Shown here in pieces: positions 9,134-22,425 of a stretch of DNA of 64,000 nucleotides. Every line of letters starts with the position of its first letter. Positions within the stretch are counted from its first letter, which is position 1. The notes beneath the pieces were generated by a model, which saw nothing but the letters and a program-made list of their open reading frames with translations, had not been told where the DNA came from and did no database searches. This stretch comes from an uncultured Chloroflexia bacterium. Lineage in GTDB: Bacteria > Chloroflexota > Limnocylindria > QHBO01. The position numbers and the translations under genes were made by a program. The stretch spans positions 48,923-112,922 of the forward strand of contig CAWDVA010000002.1 of the NCBI GenBank assembly GCA_963805645.1. Reading direction: 5' to 3'.

Positions 9134-10357
9134 GTGACCGACCTCATCGGCGCCGCCCAACGTCACCGGCTGGGGCTCTTCACCCTCGTCGTCCTCGCCC
9201 TCCTGGCCTGGGTCTTCTGGAGCGCCCGCGGCGCCCTGCCGGCCTTCGCCATCGGCACGGCGCTTGCCTTCGTCCTCGATCCTCCGATCACCCGGCTCCA
9301 CCGGCTCGGCGTCCCTCGCTGGGGCGGGGTGCTGCTCATGTACGTGGTCGTGGTGGCCCTGGTCTGGGCGCTCGTCGCCTTCGCCGTCCCACCCCTGGCC
9401 GCGCAGACCCGGGACTTCATCGACAACCTGCCACGGCTGGTCCAGGCGATCGTGGACGTCGAGCGCGGCGTCGAGTCGTGGTACGCGTCCCTGCCGCTCC
9501 CCGGCGACCTGCGCACCTTCCTCGACCAGGCCATCGTGCAGGGCCAGCAGCAGGCGGCGGACGTCCTGCGCGCCATCATCGGCCCCACGCTCGGAACCCT
9601 GCTGCGCACGGTCACCTTCGCCTTCGGGTTGATCGTGGTGCCGGTCTGGCTCTTCTTCGTCCTCAAGGACCGCGAGGGACTGCCCGACGCCGTGGCCGGC
9701 GCCATGCCACCGTCCTGGCGCGACGACGCGCGGAACATCCTGGCGCTGCTGGCCCGCGTCGGTGGGCGCTGGGTGCGCGGAGAGCTCGCTCTGGGAGCGG
9801 CGGTCTTTGCAGCGACCGCCGTCGGCTTCGGGATCCTCACCCTGGTCGGCTTCGGCGAGTTCGGCAAGTTCACCCTGGTGCTCGCGCTCTTCGCCGGCGT
9901 GCTCGAGTGGTTCCCGGTCATCGGTCCCATCATCGCCGCGGTGCCGGCCCTCCTCGTGGGGCTCTCCATCTCGCCCGGGGCTGCGATCGCCGCCATCGCC
10001 GTGTCGACCGCGGTCCAGCAGCTGGAGAACAACCTGCTGGTGCCCAAGGTGATGGGGGATGCGGTCGAGCTGAACCCCGCGGTGATGATCCTCGCGCTGG
10101 TCGCCGGAGCGGCGCTCTTCGGCATCGGCGGGGCGATCCTCTCCGCGCCGGTGGTCGCCGCGGGCCGCGACCTGTACCGGTACACGTTCGCTCGTCTCTC
10201 CGCGGTGCCGGCCGGGGAGGCACACGCCCGCACGCTCCGCCACGGCACCCCCGCGATGGACGAGCCACGGGGAGAGGGCGGCGCCGACGACGGGCCACCC
10301 GGAGACGATGCGCCCGGTCCACCCGACGGTGCGGGGACGCCGGCCACGCGGGACTGA
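9134..10357 (+). CDS. AI-2E (PerM) family transporter
   Basis: Multiple TM helices; FP.IGP, QQLENNLL.PKVMG.AV.LNP motifs. Confidence 0.9.
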   Translation: MTDLIGAAQRHRLGLFTLVVLALLAWVFWSARGALPAFAIGTALAFVLDPPITRLHRLGVPRWGGVLLMYVVVVALVWALVAFAVPPLAAQTRDFIDNLPRLVQAIVDVERGVESWYASLPLPGDLRTFLDQAIVQGQQQAADVLRAIIGPTLGTLLRTVTFAFGLIVVPVWLFFVLKDREGLPDAVAGAMPPSWRDDARNILALLARVGGRWVRGELALGAAVFAATAVGFGILTLVGFGEFGKFTLVLALFAGVLEWFPVIGPIIAAVPALLVGLSISPGAAIAAIAVSTAVQQLENNLLVPKVMGDAVELNPAVMILALVAGAALFGIGGAILSAPVVAAGRDLYRYTFARLSAVPAGEAHARTLRHGTPAMDEPRGEGGADDGPPGDDAPGPPDGAGTPATRD

Positions 10358-10445
10358 CCGATCGCCGGGCGCACATCGACCGCGGGGCAGCCGCTCGATC
10401 GCGGAACGCTGCAGCGCGCGGGCGCACGTGCGCTGGGCGCGTGCG

Positions 10446-11586
10446 CTAGAAGGTGGGCTTGCGCGAGTGGGTTCGGACCGACTCGAGGATGCCGAGCCCG
10501 AAGAGGAGGCTGATGGTGCTCGAGCCGCCGTAGGTGATGAAGGGGAGGGGGATGCCGGTCACCGGCATGATGCCCATGACCATCCCCACGTTCACGAGCA
10601 GCTGGAAGAGGATCATGCTCCCCAGGCCGTAGGCGACCATGCTGCCCAGCGCGTCGCGGGCGCCCCACCCGATTGCCAGGATGCGCCACACCAGGAGCGC
10701 GAAGAGCAGAAGCAGGAGCATCCCGCCCACGAAGCCCAGCTCCTCGGCCACCACGGTGAAGATGAAGTCCGTGGTCTGGACCGGCAGGAAGCCCAGCTGG
10801 TTCTGCCGTCCCGCCGTCAGGCCCTGCCCGAACCACCCGCCGGAGCCCACCGCATTGAGCGCCTGCACGAGCTGGTAGCAGGCTCCCTGCGGGTCGGCGT
10901 AGGGGTTCAGGAAGCAGAAGAGCCGCTCGCGCTGATAGCCGGCGAGGGCATTGACCGCCAGCGGCGCCACGCCGACCACCGCACCGGTGAACAGCGCCAT
11001 CCAGCCGATGCTGGCACCGCTCATGAAGAGCATCCCCACCAGGATGGCGACGAAGACGAGCGCGGTGCCCAGGTCCGGCTGGCGGAAGACAAGGAAGGTG
11101 GGGATTCCCATCAGGACCCCGGCGCCGATGATCGTCGACAGCTTGCCGATCCTCTCGCGTCGGCCCGAGAGCCAGGAGGCCAGCACCACGATCATCAGCA
11201 CCTTGCTGACCTCGCTGAACTGGAAGTCCAGCCCGGCGACGCTGATCGAGAGCGTGGCGCCGTTCAGGTTCTGCCCGACCAGCAGGGTGAGTCCCAGCAG
11301 CGCGAGCACCACGAGGTAGATGGGCGTCGTGAAGGTCGACAGCCAGTGGTAGTCGATGGACGCGACCACGAAGAAGATGGTGAAGCCGATGGCGACCCAG
11401 ATCAGGGTCTTCACCGTCTGGCTGATGCCGCCGGCATCGGTCGCCCGACGCATTGAACGAGGCGGAGTAGCCCATCACCACCCCGAAGCCAACGATCAGG
11501 ACCAGGTAGAGCAGGAGCTGCCAGTCGAAGGCCCGCAGTGCGCGAGCGCGCACGTTGTCAACAAAAGTAGTGGAGGCGGCACCCAT
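10446..11586 (-). CDS. rodA: Rod shape-determining protein RodA (SEDS), split by a 1-nt frameshift near 11444-11446
   Basis: N-terminus FDWQLLL in one frame; Q.SE..K, QPDLGT, GSGG..G.G, TDFIF, GIPLPFITYGGS in the next; span is 3n+1 (1141 nt). Confidence 0.9.
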
Positions 11587-11589
11587 CGC

Positions 11590-13509
11590 TCAGTTCCCTC
11601 CCAGCAGGCTGAGGGTGCGCGGGTTGAGCCGGTAGTCCCTCTGCACGTTGAAGTACATCTGGAGGAAGTACTTCACCACCTCGGTCGAGACGTTTCCCGG
11701 AACGGTGGCCGAATAGGAGAAGGTGAGGACCTCGAGCGAGGCATCGGTGGCACCGGGCCGCGAGGGCAGCCAGCCCACGAACCAGGAGTGGAACGGCAGC
11801 GACCCGTTCTGGAGCTTGTCGCCGAACTCGGCCGTGCCGGTCTTGCCCGAGAGGGCACCGGGCAGCGGCACGTCGCGGATGTTGAACGCGTGCCCGGTGG
11901 TGATCACGTCTCGCGCGCCCAGCCGCATCACCGCAAGGTTGCTGGTGCTGGCCTTGAGCGGGCGGGCGACCTGCGGCGAGAACTCCTTGATGAGCTTGCC
12001 ACTCGCATCGGTCTCGCCACGGACGATCATGGGGACCATGAGCTTGCCGCCGTTCGCAAGCGCGGCGTAGGCATTCGCGAGCTGCAGCGGGGTCACGGCG
12101 ATGACGTTCTGGCCGATGCCGGCCTGGGCGAGCTCACCGGTGAAGACATTGGGACGGCCCTGGCTCTGCGCCCATTCGGTGCTCGCGATGATCCCGGACG
12201 CCTCCCCGGGGAGGTCGATGCCCGTCGGGGCGCCGAAGCCGAAGTCGTGGGCCCACTTGGCGAGCTTGTCGATGCCCAGGTGGACGGCCATCTGGTAGAA
12301 GAACGTGTCCGAGCTCTTCGCATAGGCCTGCTGGACGGTGAGCCTGCCGAAGCCGGCCCGGTTCCAGTCGTACAGGCACTGGTTGGCCGGGGCTCCGGGG
12401 ATGTGGTAGCAGGCGTAGGTCTGCCAGGTCTGGCGGGGCGTCGTCACGCCCTCCTGGAGCGCCGCGGTGCCGGTCACCAGCTTGAACGTGGAGCCGGGCG
12501 GATAGATATCCGCGATGGCGTGGTTGCGGAGTGGCTGGTTGGGGTTGGACAGGTACGCCTGGAAATCGGCCGTGCTGATGCCGGTCGCGAACTTGTTGTT
12601 GTCATAGCTCGGCAGCGACACCATCGCCAGGATCTCGCCCGTCTGCGGGTTCATGACGATGGTCACGCCCTGCTTGACGCCTGCCGCCTTCATGCCCCAC
12701 GTCAGCGCCTCCGTGGCCATTCGCTGGAGCCGGGCATCGATGGTGAGCATCAGGTTCGTCCCGGGGATCGGCTGCTTCTCGGTGCCCACCACCTTCACGG
12801 GCCGGCCCGTCGCGTCGCGCTCGACCTGCTGCGACCCGTATGTCCCGCGGAGGAGGCTCTCGAAGGAGGCCTCGACGCCGTCCTTGCCGATGGCATCGTC
12901 GGGCAGGTACCCCTGGTCGGCCAGGGTCTTGAGCTGGGCCTGGGTGACGGGACCGGTGTACCCCACGACGTGCGCCAGGAGCGAACCGTCCACCTTGCCC
13001 TGCTCATCGAGGTACTCGCGCACCGGATCGACGCCGACCACGATGCCGGGCAGGTCCCCGGCCCGCTCGGAGAGGAGCAGCGCGGCGTCCCGGGAGATGC
13101 CATGGGCCAGCGGCACCTGGTCGTAGGGCGAGCCGCGGTACGCGTCGAGGCGGACCCGAAGGCCGTCGATGGACGTCCCGGTGATGATCGCGACCTGCGC
13201 CAGGACGGCGGAGCGCGCCACCTTGTCTCCGGGGAGGCTCGCCGGGACCGCGTCCACGGTCCAGGAAGGAACGTTCACGGCGACCGGCCGGCCCTCGCGA
13301 TCGAAGATCAGTCCGCGCGGTGCCTTGATTGGCTCGCTCACGATCTGGGCCGCCGTCACCCGATCGGCGTACATCGTTCCGTTGAGGACCTGCATCTGGA
13401 AGAGTCGCCCGCCGAGCAGGGCGAACAGCAGCGAAGCCGTCACGCCGAACGCGATGAAGCGCGGCCGCGAGCGCGGCAGGTCGCGCCGACCCTCGTTCAG
13501 ATCCGCCAT
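11590..13509 (-). CDS. mrdA: Penicillin-binding protein 2
   Basis: APRGLIFDR, STFK (SxxK), SSD, KTG motifs; N-terminal TM. Confidence 0.95.
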   Translation of the reverse strand: MADLNEGRRDLPRSRPRFIAFGVTASLLFALLGGRLFQMQVLNGTMYADRVTAAQIVSEPIKAPRGLIFDREGRPVAVNVPSWTVDAVPASLPGDKVARSAVLAQVAIITGTSIDGLRVRLDAYRGSPYDQVPLAHGISRDAALLLSERAGDLPGIVVGVDPVREYLDEQGKVDGSLLAHVVGYTGPVTQAQLKTLADQGYLPDDAIGKDGVEASFESLLRGTYGSQQVERDATGRPVKVVGTEKQPIPGTNLMLTIDARLQRMATEALTWGMKAAGVKQGVTIVMNPQTGEILAMVSLPSYDNNKFATGISTADFQAYLSNPNQPLRNHAIADIYPPGSTFKLVTGTAALQEGVTTPRQTWQTYACYHIPGAPANQCLYDWNRAGFGRLTVQQAYAKSSDTFFYQMAVHLGIDKLAKWAHDFGFGAPTGIDLPGEASGIIASTEWAQSQGRPNVFTGELAQAGIGQNVIAVTPLQLANAYAALANGGKLMVPMIVRGETDASGKLIKEFSPQVARPLKASTSNLAVMRLGARDVITTGHAFNIRDVPLPGALSGKTGTAEFGDKLQNGSLPFHSWFVGWLPSRPGATDASLEVLTFSYSATVPGNVSTEVVKYFLQMYFNVQRDYRLNPRTLSLLGGN

Positions 13510-13513
13510 CGGT

Positions 13514-14008
13514 TCACCAGGCCGCCTTCTCCTCCGGCCGGTAGCGGAGCAGGAGGATGCGCGTGGGGACGAGGAGAACTCCGGCGAGCGCCGCGTTCAG
13601 CACCGCTGCGGGAATGATGAGCTCCAGCGGGACACCCACGTCGAGCGAGCCGCCCACGGCGGTCAGCGCACCGAGGCTGATGAAGTCGGCAACCACGCTC
13701 CCCGCGAAGGCTGCGCCGATGGGATAGACCCACACGAGGCGGCCCAGGACGGTCGACCCCGCGCTGACCAGCGCGGCCACCGCCAGCATGGCAAGGGGTA
13801 CCGATCCGAGCGGTTCAGGAATCAGCAGGTTCGCGACGGTCCCGGCAACGAAGGCCCACACGATTCCCTGCGAGAAGCCCAGGCTCGTCGTGACCAGCAC
13901 CACGGCCACGAGAACGATGTCGGGTTTGACGCCACCCAGGACGACCACCGGGGCCAGGCCCGCATGGACGATCCCGACGAGGATGGCGAGAAGGACGCTG
14001 ATATACGT
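13514..14008 (-). CDS. mreD: Rod shape-determining protein MreD
   Basis: Hydrophobic, GVKPDIVLV motif, upstream of mrdA; inferred ACG start at 14008 (first canonical start 13948). Confidence 0.8.
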   Translation of the reverse strand, partial: TYISVLLAILVGIVHAGLAPVVVLGGVKPDIVLVAVVLVTTSLGFSQGIVWAFVAGTVANLLIPEPLGSVPLAMLAVAALVSAGSTVLGRLVWVYPIGAAFAGSVVADFISLGALTAVGGSLDVGVPLELIIPAAVLNAALAGVLLVPTRILLLRYRPEEKAAW

Positions 14009-14139
14009 GGTCGGGCCCCCTGGTTCCCGTGATGGTCGCTGTGTTCGCCGGGGTCGAGTATACCGATCAAGGGCGGCGACCCGGGACCCGGGTCCCGGAC
14101 GGCTCGAGGGGGCGGATCCGCACCCGCCGCGGCTGTGAC

Positions 14140-14155
14140 TGTTTCCCGTGAAACA
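14140..14155. promoter_or_regulatory. parS: parS centromere site
   Basis: TGTTTCCCGTGAAACA, 15/16 match to TGTTTCACGTGAAACA, directly upstream of parA. Confidence 0.92.
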
Positions 14156-14241
14156 TCGGTCCGATAACCGCTCGACGGACCGCCGGTAAGCCCGAAAAAG
14201 GTAGAATATCGGTGCCCATCTGAACTCGTACCGGAGCGCCT

Positions 14242-14995
14242 GTGGCCAGGGTTACGGCCTGTACCAACCAGAAAGGCGGCGTCGGGAAGACCACGACCGT
14301 CGTGAACCTGGCGGCGTACCTGGCCCTCTCTGGAATCCCGACCCTCGTCGTCGACCTCGATCCCCAGGGGAACGCCACAAGCGGACTCGGAATCGACCGG
14401 CGGCGCCTGGATCGTTCCGTCTACGATGCGATCCTCGATCGGGTTCCGATTGGTGACCTCGCGGTCGGCACGCCGATCGAGGGGCTGGATCTCGTCCCGT
14501 CCACGCCGTCGCTTTCCGGCGCGGAGGTCGAGCTGGTGGGGGTTGCCGCGCGTGAACGAAGGCTCGCCGCGAGCCTGGCGGACCTGAACGGCAGGTACGC
14601 CCGGGTGCTCGTGGATTGCCCGCCCTCGCTGGGCTTGCTCACGGTGAACGCGCTGACCGCGGCCGACGGGGTCCTGATCCCGATACAGACCGAGTACTAC
14701 GCCCTGGAGGGGCTCAGCCAGCTGGTGAACACCATCCGCCTCGTGCGCGAGGCCCTGAATCCCCGCCTGGAGATCGACGGCGTCCTGCTGACGATGTTCG
14801 ACGCGCGCACGAAGCTTTCGGCGCAGGTCGCCCATGAGGTGCGGCGCCACATGAACGGCACGGTCTACGACACCGTCGTTCCGCGATCCGTGCGCCTCTC
14901 CGAAGCCCCGAGCCATGGCCTGCCGATCGCCCTGTACGACCCGTCTTCGCGCGGGGCGGATGCGTACCGGGCGCTCGCCGATGAGGTCATTTCTC

Positions 14996-15003
<8 letters not shown>
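14242..15003 (+). CDS. parA: Chromosome partitioning ATPase ParA/Soj
   Basis: NQKGGVGKTT, DLDPQGNAT, DCPPSLG, EAPSHG; TAGAAT at 14202-14207. Confidence 0.96.
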
Positions 15004-17877
<2,874 letters not shown>

Positions 17878-17900
17878 ATCGGGAGCCGGAGCGTAACGCC

Positions 17901-18152
17901 ATGCCATCACGCCATATCGCCGACATCCGACAGGTCCCGGCCAAGACGGGTCGCACCCTCGATGAATGGTGCGAGCTGCTCGAGGCCAACGGCGTCGGTG
18001 ACCGCCGCGAGGCGGTGAACTTCCTTCGCGACGGCTATGCCGTCAGCCACGCCTTCGCCCTGGCGATCGCCGATCAGTGCCTGCGGCGCAGCCGGGACGA
18101 CGATGGGTTCGGAGGCTGGACCGACGACGAGGAGGAGGACGATCGCTGGTGA
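17901..18152 (+). CDS. DUF4287-like small protein
   Basis: KTGRTL.EW, FL...Y..SH..A.AI pattern. Confidence 0.7.
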   Translation: MPSRHIADIRQVPAKTGRTLDEWCELLEANGVGDRREAVNFLRDGYAVSHAFALAIADQCLRRSRDDDGFGGWTDDEEEDDRW

Positions 18153-18694
18153 GCACCCGTGCCGGCGGGGAGGCCGGCCGCGCCACCGTCGGCACCAGCC
18201 GCGAGATCCGCGGCAGGGACGGGCGGCGCTACGCGTTCGCGGACCACAACTGCTTCGCCTGCAGCGGCACGAACCCCATCGGGATGCGGCTCGAGATCGA
18301 GCTCGGCGACGGCACGGCGCGGGCCGAATGGGTCGGCGAGCCGGACTACGTGGGCTGGGAGGACAAGATCCACGGCGGGATCCTCGCCACCCTGCTCGAC
18401 GAGGTCATGGCCTGGGCGCCCTCCAGCTACGACTCGTGGGCCGTGACGGCCGAGATGCACCTGCGCTATCGCTCCCCGGCCAACCCGGGCGAGCGCCTGG
18501 CGGCGGAGGCGCGCGTCGTCGGGCGCAAACGGCGCATCTACGAGGTGCACGGCGAGGTGCGCGGCGAGGATGGGCGCCTGGTCGCCGAGGCGGACGGCCG
18601 ATTCCTGGGTGCCAGCCCCACGGAGAAGCGCGGCCTGAAGGCCCGATACGGCATGCCGGCCGAGCTCCCGGCGACACAGGCGCTGCGGGAATAG
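18149..18694 (+). CDS. PaaI-family (hotdog) thioesterase
   Basis: CFACS..NPIG, HGGILATLLDE. Confidence 0.88.
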   Translation: MSTRAGGEAGRATVGTSREIRGRDGRRYAFADHNCFACSGTNPIGMRLEIELGDGTARAEWVGEPDYVGWEDKIHGGILATLLDEVMAWAPSSYDSWAVTAEMHLRYRSPANPGERLAAEARVVGRKRRIYEVHGEVRGEDGRLVAEADGRFLGASPTEKRGLKARYGMPAELPATQALRE

Positions 18695-18756
18695 GACGAA
18701 GGACGCTGCGAAGCGACAAACGCGACACGAACCAGACGAGGTAGCGCAGGAGACCC

Positions 18757-21291
18757 ATGGCAATGGACCAGACCGGCCTGATCCGGCCGGTGGCGATCGA
18801 GGACGAGATGCGCTCGGCGTACATCGACTACGCCATGAGCGTCATCGTGGCGCGCGCCCTGCCCGACGTGCGCGACGGGCTGAAGCCGGTCCACCGCCGC
18901 ATCCTCTACACGATGCACGAGATGGGGCTGCGATCCACCTCGTCGTACCGCAAGTGCGCCGGCGTCGTGGGCGAGGCGCTTGCGAAGTACCACCCTCACG
19001 GCGACGTCGCGCTGTACGACGCGCTCGTGCGCCTGGCCCAGGACTTCAGCCTCCGCTACCCGCTCGTCGATGGCCAGGGCAACTTCGGCTCCATCGATGG
19101 CGACCCGGCCGCCGCGTACCGGTACACCGAGGCGCGCATGGCGCAGATCGCCGACGAGATGCTCGCCGACATCGAGAAGGAGACCGTCGACTTCGGCGAC
19201 AACTTCGACGGCCGCCTGCGCGAGCCCCTGATCCTTCCCGCGCGCCTGCCGAACCTGCTGGTCAACGGCTCGAGCGGCATCGCAGTGGGAATGGCCACGA
19301 ACATCCCGCCGCACAACCTCGATGAGATCTGCGATGCGGCCATGGGCCTCATCGACAACCCGGAGATGACCGTCGACGACCTGTGCGAGATCGTCCACGG
19401 CCCCGACTTCCCGACCGGCGGCACCATCTTCCGCTACGAGGAGGTCCGGAATTCGGTCACCGGCGAGCGCGAGCGCCAGGACGCCATCCGCCACATGTAC
19501 GCCACGGGCCGAGGGCGCGTCATCATCCGTGGCCAGGTCGCCTTCGAGGAGATCCGCCCCGGGCGGATGGCCATCGTGATCACCGAGCTGCCGTACCAGG
19601 TCAACAAGACCACCCTCATCGAGAAGATGGCGGAGATGGTCAGCGGCAAGAAGATCACCGATGTGAGCGACATTCGCGACGAAAGCGACAGGAACGGCAT
19701 GCGGATCGTCGTCGAGATCAAGCGCGACGGCAGTCCGCACACGGTCATGCAGCAGCTGTTCAAGCACACGGCGCTGCAGACCAGCTTCAGCGCGAACATG
19801 CTCGCCCTGGTCGACGGCCAGCCCATGACCCTGGGGCTCAAGCGGATGCTCGAGCACTACATCGCCTACCGGCGCGAGGTGATCCGTCGGCGCACCGAGT
19901 TCGACCTTGCCCGGGCCCAGGAGCGCGCCCACATCCTCGAAGGACTCAAGATCGCGCTCGACAATCTCGACGAGGTGATCGCCACCATCCGGGCTGCCGC
20001 CGACGTGGAAGCGGCACGCAGCGCGCTCATGGGGCGCTTCGGCCTCTCGGAGGCGCAGGCCAACGCCATCCTGGAGATGCAGCTCCGCCGGCTGGCCGCC
20101 CTCGAGCGCAAGAAGATCGAGGACGAGTACGAGTCGATCATCCGCCTCATCGCGGAGCTCGAGGACCTCCTCGGCAACCCGCGCAAGATGCTGAACGTCA
20201 TCAAGGACGAGCTCACCGAGCTCAAGCGCAAGTACGGCGACGAGCGCAAGACCCGCATCAAGGCCGATGCGAACCGCGAGCTCACCGAGGAAGACCTGAT
20301 CACCGCCGAGGACGTGGTGGTCACCCTGAGCCAGCGCGGCTACATCAAGCGCCAGCAGATCGGCACGTTCCGCAGCCAGCGTCGCGGCGGGCGGGGGAAG
20401 CTCGCCATGCTGACCCGCGAGGAGGATGCCGTGCGCCACCTCCTCGTGGCCAACACGCACGACAACATCCTGTTCTTCACCAACCGCGGGCGCGTCTTCA
20501 TCACCAAGGTCCACACCCTGCCCGAGGCGACGCGCCAGGCGAAGGGGCTGCCGATCATCAACCTCCCCGGCGTCCAGGTGGAGTCCGGCGAGTACGTCAG
20601 CGCCATCATCAGCCTGCCGCGCTTCGAGCCCGAGCACTACCTGCTGATGGCCACCAGCCGGGGGATGGTCAAGAAGACCTCCCTGGCCGAGTACGCCAAG
20701 ATCCGCGCCAACGGGCTGATTGCCATCAACCTCCTCGACGGCGACGAGCTCCGCTGGGTGGGCATCACCGACGGCGCAAGCGACATCATCCTCGCCACGC
20801 GAAAGGGCCAGGCGGCCCGATTCCACGAGGTCGAGGTGCGATCCATGGGCCGTGATACCCGCGGCGTCACCGGGATCCGGCTGCGGGCCGGTGACGAGGT
20901 GATCGGGATGGAGGTCGTCGATCCCGGCCAGGAGCTGCTCGTCGTCACCGAGCAGGGCTACGGCAAGCGGACGCCGTTCAGCGAGTTCCCGGTGAAGCAC
21001 CGGGCGACCGGCGGCGTGATCGCGAACTCCCTGAACCGCGACACCGGCGACGTGGCGGCGATCCGCATGGTCGGCCGCGAGGACGAGGAGATGATGCTCA
21101 TCACCGAGGAGGGCACGATCCTGCGCACCATCGTGGCCAGCGTGAACCGTTATCGCCGCCCGAGCCGCGGCGTCACGGTCATGAAGCCGGGACCGGGCGA
21201 TCGGATCGTATCCATCGCCGTCTTCGTCGACAACCAGCCGCCGGAGCCGGACCAAGAGCCTGGCGCCGACGAACCTGAGCCGGCGTCATGA
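18757..21291 (+). CDS. gyrA: DNA gyrase subunit A
   Basis: [22 protein letters not shown] catalytic Tyr, GyrA box QRRGGRG, pinwheel repeats. Confidence 0.97.
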   Translation: MAMDQTGLIRPVAIEDEMRSAYIDYAMSVIVARALPDVRDGLKPVHRRILYTMHEMGLRSTSSYRKCAGVVGEALAKYHPHGDVALYDALVRLAQDFSLRYPLVDGQGNFGSIDGDPAAAYRYTEARMAQIADEMLADIEKETVDFGDNFDGRLREPLILPARLPNLLVNGSSGIAVGMATNIPPHNLDEICDAAMGLIDNPEMTVDDLCEIVHGPDFPTGGTIFRYEEVRNSVTGERERQDAIRHMYATGRGRVIIRGQVAFEEIRPGRMAIVITELPYQVNKTTLIEKMAEMVSGKKITDVSDIRDESDRNGMRIVVEIKRDGSPHTVMQQLFKHTALQTSFSANMLALVDGQPMTLGLKRMLEHYIAYRREVIRRRTEFDLARAQERAHILEGLKIALDNLDEVIATIRAAADVEAARSALMGRFGLSEAQANAILEMQLRRLAALERKKIEDEYESIIRLIAELEDLLGNPRKMLNVIKDELTELKRKYGDERKTRIKADANRELTEEDLITAEDVVVTLSQRGYIKRQQIGTFRSQRRGGRGKLAMLTREEDAVRHLLVANTHDNILFFTNRGRVFITKVHTLPEATRQAKGLPIINLPGVQVESGEYVSAIISLPRFEPEHYLLMATSRGMVKKTSLAEYAKIRANGLIAINLLDGDELRWVGITDGASDIILATRKGQAARFHEVEVRSMGRDTRGVTGIRLRAGDEVIGMEVVDPGQELLVVTEQGYGKRTPFSEFPVKHRATGGVIANSLNRDTGDVAAIRMVGREDEEMMLITEEGTILRTIVASVNRYRRPSRGVTVMKPGPGDRIVSIAVFVDNQPPEPDQEPGADEPEPAS

Positions 21292-21379
21292 CGGGGGGCG
21301 CGGCATGCGGGGCGACGGGGCGCATCGGCGGATGACGAGTCGGTAGAATCGGACCCGAGATCTGGCGCAGGAGATCCAC

Positions 21380-22414
21380 GTGTACGCCGACGAGTTCAGT
21401 ATCTACGCCGGCAACGCCAACAAGGCGCTCGCCTCCGACATCTGCCGCTACCTGAAGACGCGGATCGGCGACGTGGAGGTCTTCCAGTTCGCCAACGAGA
21501 ACATCTTCGTCCGGGTCAAGGACAACGTCCGTGAGCAGGACGTCTTCCTGGTCCAGCCCACCTGCCGCCCCGTGAACCAGTCGGTCATGGAGCTGTTGAT
21601 CATGATCGACGCGTTCAAGCGCGCGTCGGCGGGACGGATCACCGCGGTGGTGCCGTACTACAGCTACGGCCGCTCGGACAAGAAGGACCAGCCCCGCGTC
21701 CCCATCACCGCTCGGCTGATCGCCGACATGCTCACCGTGGCAGGCGCCGATCGCGTCCTGACCATGGACCTCCACCAGGGCCAGATCCAGGGCTTCTTCT
21801 CCATCCCGGTCGACGAGCTGACCGCGGTCGACATCGTGGCCCGCTACATCAAGGACAAGCAGATCGACGACATGGTCGTCGTCAGCGAGCTGGGCTTCGC
21901 GAAGAAGGCTCGCAACTTCGCCGAGAAGCTGGGCGCCCCGCTGGCCATCGTGGAGAAGCGCCGCGTGGGCAACGAGGACAAGACGGAGCTGATGAACATC
22001 ATCGGCGAGGTCGATGGGAAGAACGCGGTGATCATCGACGACGAGATCGACACCGCCGGATCGCTCATGGAGGCGGTCCATGCCCTCGTCGAGCATGGCG
22101 CGAAGGAGATCTACTCCTGCGCCACCCACGGCGTCTTCTCCCCACCGGCGCTGGACAGGATCATGGCCTCGCCCATCACCGAGATCGTGGTCACCGACAC
22201 CATCCCGCTGCCGGCGGGCACGGACCGCTCCCGGATCACGGTCCTTCCCATCGCTCCGCTCTTCGGAGAGGCGATCCGCCGCATCCACCGCGGGGAGAGC
22301 GTGGGCGCTCTCTTCAGCTCGGAGGTGGAGCTCGTGGAGGAGATGACCTTCTGGGACGCCCACGCCGCCGACGATGACCCGGACGCCCCCTTTCCCATAG
22401 CCGTAGAGGGATAG
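21380..22414 (+). CDS. prs: Ribose-phosphate pyrophosphokinase
   Basis: PYYSYGRSDKK, MDLH, DDEIDTAGS, ATHG; AGGAG RBS; TAGAAT at 21344. Confidence 0.95.
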   Translation: MYADEFSIYAGNANKALASDICRYLKTRIGDVEVFQFANENIFVRVKDNVREQDVFLVQPTCRPVNQSVMELLIMIDAFKRASAGRITAVVPYYSYGRSDKKDQPRVPITARLIADMLTVAGADRVLTMDLHQGQIQGFFSIPVDELTAVDIVARYIKDKQIDDMVVVSELGFAKKARNFAEKLGAPLAIVEKRRVGNEDKTELMNIIGEVDGKNAVIIDDEIDTAGSLMEAVHALVEHGAKEIYSCATHGVFSPPALDRIMASPITEIVVTDTIPLPAGTDRSRITVLPIAPLFGEAIRRIHRGESVGALFSSEVELVEEMTFWDAHAADDDPDAPFPIAVEG

Positions 22415-22425
22415 CGAGCCGGGCC

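Noticed and set aside
9163-11586. 807-aa ORF in the track
   Set aside because: Only the first ~47 codons are real (RodA N-terminus); the rest is out-of-frame run-on after the frameshift
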